Shown: positions 51,527 to 64,000 of the stretch, one piece after another | Numbering within the stretch: position 1 is the first letter of the stretch | How the letters are laid out: each line of letters begins with the position of its first letter | NCBI GenBank assembly: GCA_012295275.1 | Contig: CM022679.1 | Coordinates: 5,084,001-5,148,000, forward strand | Source of the DNA: Chrysomallon squamiferum | Lineage: Eukaryota; Animalia; Mollusca | DNA: 64,000 bases | Direction: 5' to 3' | The notes under the pieces: generated by a model | Seen by the model: the letters and a program-made list of their open reading frames with translations, nothing else | What the model was told of the DNA's origin: nothing | The model's database searches: none | Position numbers and translations under genes: made by a program

Positions 51527-52919
51527 GCTAAAATAAACAATTTAGATTTTACGATAATCGATATATCCGACGGCAGCTACCACTACTACTGTTACTTCAA
51601 CTATTACTTCAACTGCTACTTCAACAACTACTACTTAGTAAGTGAACAAAGGTGAATAAACTATGAAAAGAAAAGAAAGAAAAGTTTTATAACACGAAAT
51701 AAATGAATGACTGAAAAAGTAAATAACCAAATAAATAAATAAAATGAACAAAATAAAGAAACTAAGTAACAAACTAATAAATTAAATAAGATAAATAAAA
51801 AATAAAAAAATTAACTAATAAACTAAATTACTAAATAATTAAATAAATAAATAAAAAAAATAAATAAATAAAATAAATAAATACATTCTTTTTTTTAAAA
51901 TAGTAAAATTTTATTGTTACAGGTAATGAAAAATTTAAAAAAAATTTTTTAAGAAAAATAATGATAATAATAAAAAAAGATATAAAAATAAAATAAAATT
52001 AAATTAAATTAAACTGCTATCTCAGCTGAAGGTATTTCTGTTTTACAACAATCATAAAACATCACTGGGGTTTCCTATCATAAATAAAACAGAGCACCCC
52101 CCTCCCCCCCCTCTATTTCCGTCACCTATACAATACCGATGAAGGGAACTCACGATCCAGCAAGTTTCAATGGCAAATCAAAAGGCGTGTCCAATTATGT
52201 GTGACAGGACATTAGAACAAATCTTCAAACAAACAACTCTCCGCCGATAAAACGTGACCTCGCAACCAGGGTACTGTTATGCCGTACACCAAATCCCGAG
52301 GTAACGTGAAACGACAGATCGTATCTGTCGTACCCATCATAAGCAAGCTTCAAAGGAGAGAGAGAGAGAGAGGAAGGCGCTAGTGACTGCATGCTCACAA
52401 AATTAATATATATAATAAAATTAAAAATTAATAAATAAAAAGTTAAACCATTTTTTTTTTTTTTTTTTATTGGCTGTCAAAATATTAAACCCTTCACCTA
52501 TGACGATCCTCCCCTTGATTTCTAGACTGGATCCGCTCCTGGTATTTCATTATTAGGACACGTATGGGGAAAAAAAAAAAAAAAAAAACTTTGAAGAGAG
52601 AAAGAGTCAAATTAAATAATGTGGGTGTCCGGTACACGACGACGTCAGTACTGTGATCACGTTACGTTGTCGTCTGCAGTGTTTTTTTTCCACTACGGAT
52701 TTTTTTAAATTTCATTATTTTTTTGTAAACTTCGTTAGCTGCTGGACTCGGTTACGCTGTAGCAGTTCCGTATTTTTAGTTGTTTTTTTTTGAAACATTG
52801 TTTTGTGTTGTTGTTACGTGCTGGGGAGTCGTTGTTTGACGTTCATGCGTGATGCTAGTGTTTAGAGCATGGGTCCGAAGTGATGGATATCGCTTTTAAC
52901 ATCTGATGAAGGTTTGAAG

Positions 52920-52952
<33 letters not shown>

Positions 52953-54009
52953 AAGAAATTTATGATTTTTATTATTAAGGTTGGTGTTTTGTTAACATAC
53001 ATGTGCATTACATAAACTCAGTAATGAGGTATGTATGTGTGTGTGTCTGTCTGTATGTACGTACGTACAGATGTATGTTTATGTATATATATATATATAT
53101 ATGCATCTACATATATATGTGTGTATGTGTGCGTGCATGTGTGCGTTTGTGAATGTGTGTTTGTATTTTTTTATGTTTGGATGTAAGTACGTACGTTTGT
53201 TTATGTATATCTCATAACTAAAACTAATTCTTAAAACTTTGTTCTCTTTCTGAAAATTATGTTATATTTTATTATTATAACTGATTTATTATTTTACATT
53301 TTATAATTTTTTTTTTTTTTAAAGTATACTTCAAGTGGTTAATGAAGAAGAGTATTAAGTGCTGTCTTTGCATTTCTTCCGTACATTATTTCAGTTGTTG
53401 CATTCAAAATATTATAAGTATAATTATTATATATTTTGTCTAGCTTGACAAGCTGTAATCTTCAGACTACGAATTTTTACATTTTAAACGTTATTTTCTG
53501 TGAATTTCTTAGAAAGACACTTTATGGAGTTGTGTGTAGTAACAGATAACTGATTTGTCATCAAATACCTTGATCTTTACTTTTGGTTCTTTTCTAATCC
53601 ACTGAAACGCTGTTATTAAAACGTTGACTCTTAAAAATATATAACTTTAGCTTATATCTTGTTGTTACTTTAAATATGCTGTAAATGTCCCTCGTAGTTC
53701 GTTGGGTAATGATAACTTATAAAGTTTTGTTCTGTTCTGCTCTCATCTGTTTTCCGCACGCTTTCTCCGTTTACTTATCGTTGTAAACGCGATGATTTCG
53801 AATAAACGTTACTTCGGCTAGTATTTATAAATTGCAATCTCCTTTCAGATCCACTGGGTTGAAAGATCTGTGCTCGATACGGTATTGTTAGCTTGTGATC
53901 GTGGTATAACGATTCTGTCACCTTTTTACCTTTATTTCATTTCAGAGTGAATCAGAATCTTCCATAAAAAATCTGACATTTGATTATTCCTCCCGACAAA
54001 CCTCGACCA

Positions 54010-54332
54010 ATGACTCCTGCCGACAAAAGCACAACAACTTTGTCTTCCACCAAGAGCCAGTCTCTGACTTCTGATATCAAGAGAAGATCGCTGACATCAA
54101 CGGACAAAAGCAGTAGGAGACTGCGTCCCAAGGCCATTACGACGTCAGTCTTCAACATCATCAAGGCATCATCCGTCCGTGTGTGCCTGATACTGCACAA
54201 CATATTGGCCGTCTGGCGAGTGACGGTGAACTGGAACAATAACCTGTTTTGGATTCTCCTCTTCGCAAACATTCCTTTCATCTTGGAGGGTTTGTACACC
54301 GTTCTTAAGCGAAAAGGAATAGAGTGGAAATG
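54010..54332 (+). CDS. TMEM26: First coding exon of a TMEM26-like multi-pass membrane protein (remaining exons not found in the window)
   Basis: ...FNIIKASSVRVCLILHNILAVWRVTVNWNNNLFWILLFANIPFILEGLYTVLKRKGIEWKW resembles, from recall, the TMEM26 N-terminus (A..R.LF.LH...VWRV......YW.L......LE...T.....G..YKW); an in-frame TAA precedes ATG 54010; acceptor at 53945; TG|gtaagt donor. Confidence 0.8.
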
Positions 54333-54529
54333 GTAAGTGTTTTGTCACGTCTTTCTGTCAGATTGTCTGTATGTCAGTCACCACTGTCTGATAATTTCTC
54401 TTTGCTTGAAACCAAGAATATCTTGTTATCTGAATTTCTTACTGTCATAGCCAATGTCCACCCTTGACGTATCTTGGAATTAATGACGTGTTTGTCTGTT
54501 TCCTAGCCACCCACCCACATTTGCAATAA

Positions 54530-54950
54530 CTAAGCCAGTAATCCGCACATCCACTTACCAAGCAAGTCGTCTATACATCTACTTACCAAGCCAGTTATTC
54601 ATATATCCACTCACCAAGACAGTTATTCATACATCCACCCACCAAACCAGTTATTCATACATCCACTCACCAAGACAGTTATTCATTCATCCACTAAACA
54701 AGCCAGTTATTCATTCATCCACTCACCAAGCCAATTATTCATATATCCACTCACCAAGCCAGCCATTCACCAATCCACTAAACAAGCCAGTTATTCATAC
54801 ATCCACTCACCAAGACAGTTATTCATTCATCCACTAAACAAGCCAGTTATTCATGCATCCACTCACCAAGCGAGTTATTCATACATCCAGTCACCAAGCC
54901 AGTTATTCATACATCCATCCACCAAACCAGTTATTCATACACTCACTCAA
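54530..54950. repeat. 28-bp minisatellite, ~14 copies
   Basis: ccactcaccaag(c/a)cagttattcatacat repeated. Confidence 0.9.
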
Positions 54951-56369
54951 GAATGCAGAAGAAACTCAAGAAGCCAGTAATCCAGTGTATAAAATCATCT
55001 GTAACAGTTAAAGATGTAATTAATTCATCCACCCATAGATCCACTAAGCCAGACAGTCCCAAGTTAGCTGAATACAAACATAATGATCACTGTCGCTATC
55101 TGTCCGTCTATCTTTAACTATATTTCTCACATTATTTCTGTCTGTGTCTTCTAAAATCCTATATAAAGTGTTTTATAATGAATAAACAATCTACGTTAGG
55201 AAACCAATCTTTCCTAATAATAATGTTTCAGAATAAAATAACAAACTCTCGAAGGACGGTAGTCAGTTTACTTTCGTCTTCATGCACTAATGATTTATTT
55301 TGATTTTCTTGTTAACGTTTTCCTACGTTAATAAATCACAGCAAAAAATAAAGTTTAAGTTTCGGGTGTCTTTATAAACACTGACATAGATATTTCATTA
55401 TGGTTGAGTCTTCTGTGAGTATTGTCGCATATTTTCTTATTGCGAACCTTTTCATTAAATAACTTATAAAAAAAGTCAGCACAGGCTTCTTTTGATTCAA
55501 TAACAATAAAATGTGAATATAATAACAAAATATTTGTTCTTTTGACAATGACGAGCCACAATGCTGCTGTTTTTATTACAGACATAAACAACAAACAGGG
55601 TTGTATGTTTACGATCATGAAACAGCATTAGGCAAAGACACACTGTAAACTGAGATAACAAAAAATGCTGGTTTGCTATGCTACTATAACGTGCATAGTG
55701 AAGTACGAAATGAATATGGTATGCACATGTGCCGTCAAGTCATGATGTATTTCACGTAGTACACATCAGTGATTGCGTGGGTTGTAGGAAAGAAAGAAAG
55801 AGCAAAAAAAAAAAAAAAAAACGGAAAGAAAGAAACACTACATTTTTACTAAACTTACAATTTTAAATATGTTAAAGGTATTAAAAATTACTTTTTATGC
55901 CAAACTAATATTTTTAATGCTTCTTAAATATTCTATCATAAATATGCACCTCTTTCATCCATTAATTATCATTCCCCAACAGATAATCCATATGTTTCAC
56001 CATAAACACTATGTCAGTTAATATCTCACCATCTCTCTAACATTAGACAATTTCCCAATTAACTTACCAAATTGACTTTTAATTGTCATTGAGTCCTTAA
56101 CCCATTCAATGGGTTCTTTAAATGTCTCAATTATCATTTTCTTTAAGAAGCCATTATCTAATTGACCCATTCAAAGGATAATCCCTTCTCTTTATGTCCT
56201 CAGATCTATACCTTTATCTTATCCCATATATGGCTTCCCAGATGGCTTTTAACTTAAGGGAGCACCATTCCTCAACATCATTAGTGTCATCAATAGAATA
56301 AATATCACAAATATATGAATAAAATTACTATGGAAGTCATCAACAGTCAGAAAGGTGGATCGAAAATTT

Positions 56370-56680
56370 GTGCATGAGGCCACTCTCAATGACAGCCACT
56401 GAAAGAACAACATTTGTGAGGTGGAACGATAAGTTTTTCAGCTTGATTGGCCATCATCATCCTTCTGTCTGGAAAGTTATCCAGTGGTTCCAGCGTGAAG
56501 AATCCACTGTACGCACCGTTCTTCAACAGGATGCAGTTGGCAACCACTAAAGAAGTGCGAGAACAAGGGTCATATTCACCTCCAGAGGAGACTCAAATCC
56601 TTGTGCCAGGACCGTGTCAATAGTTCCAAGTCCATTCCTGAGTTTTTGGCTGGAGTCGGACACAACATCTGTATTACCAA
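56370..56680 (+). mobile_element. Degenerate Mutator-like (MULE) transposase C-terminal fragment
   Basis: Frameshifted RT(N)NICE(G)WN motif, then DKFFSLIGHHHPSVWKVIQWFQREE, then after a stop LQRRLKSLCQDRVNSSKSIPEFLAGVGHNI; matches the recalled RTNN..EGW...HP..W..I.....EE signature of animal MULE transposases. Confidence 0.65.
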
Positions 56681-56772
56681 GTGCTTATGAGAATACATCT
56701 GTTGTGAATAAAACGGTTTCTTTCTTTCCGTTTACCGATTGCGTGGGTGTATATATATATGCATGCATGCAT

Positions 56773-56804
<32 letters not shown>

Positions 56805-57170
56805 AAACACACTCATAAATTTACAAATACATACATGCATATATATATATATGTATACACACACACATACATATACATATAGATACAAACATACATTCAT
56901 ACAAAAATACACACACACACACACACACACTTATATGTACATGTACATGTATACAAAAAACTGCTTGAAAAAAAGTATTATATATGACAGAGGAAAATGA
57001 AAAAATAAAAAATAATTAATTATATTATAGTTATCAGTTTATCAAAAACAATTTGATTGTTTATTAATATTTCTTTATTTCAAACAAGCATGTACGTCTT
57101 TTAAACTTCATTTATAAAAAGAATATAATTTTAGTTTCACATGCATATTAGCTTATGTCAGTTACGCTTT

Positions 57171-57225
<55 letters not shown>

Positions 57226-57276
57226 ACTTCTACTACTGGGGTCGTAATCATCATCATCATCATCATAATCAATATC

Positions 57277-57321
<45 letters not shown>

Positions 57322-57572
57322 TAGGCTACAAAATCAAAATATCAAAAACTATTATTTATTTTTTTTAACACAAGAGCAGGGTAACCTGTCAACACGTGTA
57401 ACTGATTACTGACAGGTAAATGTTGTTTTTTTGTTTGCTGAAAATAATCAACGACACCTGTACACGTACAATGAGTTCAGCGATGTGAAACCTTTCATCA
57501 GCTCATCACCACGTCAACACAGCTCGTCATATCTGTGTTACCTCACGTACACCACCGTCATTGTGTGTCTAC

Positions 57573-57678
<106 letters not shown>

Positions 57679-57690
57679 CTCTCTCTCTCT

Positions 57691-59423
<1,733 letters not shown>

Positions 59424-60626
59424 TGGTTGGATGTATATGTCTGAGTGATTTTCACAACACTTTCATTGCACCGCTGATTCTCAGTGTGGTTTAATAATCT
59501 GTTGTTCAAAACATCACTTTTCTTACAATCCTTTAGTTATTACTGTCACAGCGGGCTTGTTTGAAAGAAACCTTTTTTTCGAAGCAGCTGGAACACTTTG
59601 GGTTGATTTAACAACTGAAATTCTTGTACGGACTTCATCGACCTTGCAGACAAAGCCAACGTCAAAATGAATGTATAAAAAGTGATGCATTTGATTGTAC
59701 CTCTCGTATTAAGCTGTTAGAATAATCACTCAGTGTGGCTAAGCCGTTGAATAAGGACTGACAGAACCACGGATCATACCCAGATCCAGCTGTGAAGGGC
59801 AAATCCACAACTTGCATTCTAAACCTATTGCAACATTTCCCTGGGGAGTTTTACTACTACTACTGCTGCTGCTGTGGCTGCTGTTACTGCTACTGCTACT
59901 ACTATTATCACTACTACCACTACTCTGATATTACTACAACTACTGGGACTACTACTACTACTTCTACGTCTATTCCTACCACTGCTGTTACTGCTACTGT
60001 TACTACTTTTATCACTACTACCACTACTCTGATTTTACTACAACTACTGGGCCTGCTACTACTACTTCTACGGTTATTCCTATCACTACTACTGCTGTTA
60101 CATCTACTCCTTCGCCTCCTCCTTCTGTCATCTGTTTAGGCGGACTGGTTTTGCTTATACATCTATTTGCGATAGGTGTAAAATTATTACTACCTGTCAT
60201 CTCTATACTAAATGTATTTACGTACATAGCACCGCGGACAAAGTAATATATTAACACAAACACCACAACATCAGGTTAACTCTAACACTAATAACATGGT
60301 GGGTAGATTAATGTAATCTCTAATACACGTGTTATAGCAATGACAATGAATTTATTCTGTTAAGCTGTGGGATTACAGAACAGAGAAGAATGTAATATAG
60401 ATATATGATAACTTTTATTTCCATAAACTCTAGACATATCGTATGTAGTATAGATATAAAAGCACATGCGTGGAAGTTTGACGTTGAGGACATACTCTCT
60501 CACAAACAGTACTTACTAATAAACATAACTTTTTTTAATGTAAAGATGTTTTTGTTGTTAAACACGTTATTAAATGAAAAATAAGTAAATAAATAAATAA
60601 ATAAATAAATAATGATGATGATATTA

Positions 60627-60694
<68 letters not shown>

Positions 60695-61363
60695 TAAAAC
60701 AATAACGAAACCAAACTAACAAAACACAGTCGAAGAGAAACATATCCGAAATAATAATTATAGATACGACATTTTATTCATAAAACATTTTATTAACAAG
60801 AAACAAGAATAAAGATATTTGGAGATGACGAGACGTGAAAGCTCAGGATAATCGAAAACCCACTTGACCGCGATAGGGCATCGCCTCTGTCAGGTATAAC
60901 AACAACACCGTACAACTGATAAATCATTGTTTTTCAGCCCCCGCTTTGTCAGACTGTCTCGCTGAAAACCCACGGTGCTGACAATAATTCTCTTACACTG
61001 ATTTATCACTGGGTGTTGTCAGAGGGCCGGGCAGTGGATGCGTGGTTAGAGTGCAGAGCGATGTGTCACGTGATGAAACTTTCACCGGGTGATTTCCCGT
61101 TCCAAAAGTTCTCTTATAGTGATTTGATCAAGATTTAAGCTTTCTGGGGATGTGTGGAAAATTGCATATAAAATATTTTTTTCTTTTTATACTCCACGGT
61201 AAATTATTAGAATTAGCGTAAATAACGAAGAACAGAAGGACCTATCGAAGTTGACGTTCTGTTTGTATATTGCCCGTTATAACCATAGCTCCACGATAAT
61301 AATCTTTCAGAGGCAGTATTAAACTTTTGGTTGTTTCTTTTGTTTGTTTCTTCTTTCTCTCAT

Positions 61364-61409
<46 letters not shown>

Positions 61410-62477
61410 TTTCTTCCTTCCTTCCTTCCTTTCTTTCTTTTCATTTCTCCAGAAATGTTTGTTAGAACAACACACTAATACATACACACGCTACTTGTTC
61501 ACAGCGGTTTTTATTTTTAATTTTTTTACATTAGAAAATCTCATGTTAACCTAAGACTGAAATATACAATAACTATTCAGTCTACTTGGTGAGCAGAGAC
61601 AATAAAACGACCAGTTTCTTAAGCAAACAAAAAAAAAAAAAAAAAAAAAAAAAAAATGTAGATCGTTAAAAGAAATATAGATAATAAACCTGACAAACTG
61701 TGTGACAGATCAGAAGCTGTTTTAAATTACAAGATGTCTGTGTGTGTCTTCTTCATTTCACATACCATATACACAATGAGCAGTAAATTATCTCTCTCTC
61801 TTATGCATGTACACAAATAGTCTCAGGTTTACACTGACGGACAAGGACACACGCACAGATATACACGCACGCAAGCGTATATACACACGAACACACAGAC
61901 GTACATACACATACACATATACATAAGCTCACATTCAAGTGGTTGTTATGTGCTGGTATGGTGTGTACTCTGTATGTGTATGTATGTGTATATATAAATA
62001 CACACATACACAAATGTACGTAACACACACGAGTGCATAAAACATATGAATCATAAGCATGTATATGTAATTTATATTTTGTTATTAGAACCAGCAAACC
62101 AGTTATTAGAAGGTTGAAACAAAAAAAAAAAAAAAAAAGTTAATAATAATAACAAATGAAATTAAATAAAATCAAAATAAGAAATAAATAAGAAATAAAA
62201 TCGTAGAAGAAACAAATTATATCTTGCAATCAAAGACCTTGCTGTGTTTTTTCCTCTCTGTGTTAATAAATTACACGTATAAAAAGCACCTGGAAGGGAG
62301 ATAACCCAGTATATCAAACAACAAGCAAATGTTCTAACCACCAGACCACCTCAGCAATAACTGGGGATATAAATAACGTGTCGGGTAGACTTGCAGACTA
62401 CCGATTTTCCTTTTTCAACTGCTTTTCAAAGTAATGTTTACCACACTTTACAATCTCTTATCTCTTTTATTAAAACA

Positions 62478-62682
62478 CAATCATCTGACTTTGTCCGAAA
62501 CGCTGACGTACAAATTATCTGACGCTATCTAAAATGTTGGCGTACAAACCATTTGACTCTGTCTAAAATGTTGACATACAAATCATCCGACGTTGTCCAA
62601 AATGTTGACATTCTGATCTTTTCACGTTGTTTGAAATGTTGACACTGTCATCATTTAACTTTGTCCAGATTGTTGACATACT
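62478..62682. repeat. Degenerate ~31-bp tandem repeat
   Basis: Recurring aaatgttgac(a/g)tacaaa.cat.tgac..tgtc. Confidence 0.7.
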
Positions 62683-63094
62683 GAACCCGTAAGTATGGAC
62701 GATCTAGTGTTGGCGTCACGTTTTTTTTTTCTGTCGTAGGTTTTGACCCATTTCCATTGATTCTGGTGACACTAATTGGTCAAATGGGTCGTCCGTTTTG
62801 GTTCGAGTAAGTTCTGAGCGCTGTCCGGCCACTTAATACTGTCTTGTCCTTTACATTAACAGATATAATCAGCTGAAGATGGTCGTCACTGCGGTCAAGC
62901 TGGCCACGTAAAAACGATCTTTCAAGCAAACACATCACTTTTAAAAGTGTTCAAACTAGACAGAGCACGGTAGTCGGAGAATGCTTTTGTTAGACGTTTG
63001 TAAATAGAAATATAAAGTTTGTGATGAATGAAGATTTGTTTGATCATGTCTCATAATGGCGATGATGATCGCGATGTTGATGGTGATAATAACG

Positions 63095-63136
<42 letters not shown>

Positions 63137-63907
63137 ATCATTATTGCTATTGTTATTACTGTTTTTTTGTTGTCGTCATCATCATCATCATCACCATCAT
63201 TTTTATTTCTGTATTAGTTACCTCCTACTGACACCGTCATACCGCTCGCAAACAACATTCTCTTAAATTGTAGAAAAATGGAAATAGCCAGAATGTGACA
63301 AAGAGAGTTACTTAGAAAGAATGATAAACTGAGAGAATAAAAAAGGGTGAGAGAAAAAGCTTTTCAATGATAGAAGGTCAAAGAATAAGTGAAAGCGACA
63401 GCAATAAACTAATAGAAAAAAAAACACACACGGTAACAACAAACAGAAAACCAGCCGCTAAAATCCAATAATAATAAAACCAACACGATTCTATGCTCGC
63501 TGCTCAAGCGAGAAACACTAAAATTGAACTACATGCGTAGTTGTGTTTAGATACATTTCTCCAACGTCGCTTTCGAAACATCGTACAAAAGCTTCAGACT
63601 TTGCAATTTATCTCGGTTTCTTAGGCGCGCGCGAGCAGATAAAACCGAGCCGATGGAGTCTTAACAAAACCTGCCGTAATCTGACGCTAATAAATTCAGT
63701 TATGACAAAGACTGCATTGAGGTAGAGTCCGTGTTGCATACAGCTGTCGGAATGTGTTGACGCCGAGGTTAATAGGATGTGTATTAAAATCGTGAAACAT
63801 TCTCTCTATCCATGTCAGAGAGCACTGAAGTCTAAAATATTAGGTTTTTGTGCATTTAGGGATTATATTTTTGTTTTGTGTGTGTTAACGTATATGTGCT
63901 TTTTGGA

Positions 63908-63950
<43 letters not shown>

Positions 63951-64000
63951 TGTTGTTTTCTTTTCGTGTGTGCGTGTTTATGTATATGTTAGTGTGTATG

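Noticed and set aside
52525-52542. ctggatccgctcctg, similar to a Harbinger-type MITE terminus
   Set aside because: No partner inverted repeat or target-site duplication found
62290-62356. Minus-strand tRNA/SINE-like head (gctgaggtggtctggtggttagaac)
   Set aside because: B-box is degenerate and no cloverleaf forms; too weak to call without a repeat library
62750-62920. Candidate second TMEM26 exon after ttttctgtcgtag
   Set aside because: The required frame hits TGA immediately and shows no similarity to the expected next transmembrane segment

Overview
AT-rich, microsatellite-dense eukaryotic DNA, most likely an invertebrate (mollusc-like; the taxon cannot be fixed from sequence). Almost all listed six-frame ORFs are simple-repeat artefacts. 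Reading splice sites by hand gives a cluster of three related multi-exon genes for secreted cysteine-rich modular proteins. Gene A (- strand, CDS 15333..7641) has 5 coding exons and 211 aa. Gene B (+, 18933..27670) has 8 exons and 276 aa. Gene C (+, 30490..49814) has 17 coding exons and 552 aa. Each ~29-43 aa module sits on its own phase 1-1 exon. In A and B the cysteine count runs 3 + 4n + 5, which suggests staggered inter-module disulfides, and all three end in a related FN1/vWC-like C-x-C module. Gene C also has a tandemly duplicated exon pair and a 24-nt micro-exon that creates an RRKR furin-type site. Gene A has a 12-copy array of a half-exon plus splice donor. Downstream are the first coding exon of a TMEM26-like gene, a Mutator-like transposase relic and an ~816-bp tandem duplication bounded by (CT)n. 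All gene models are manual predictions with no transcript support.
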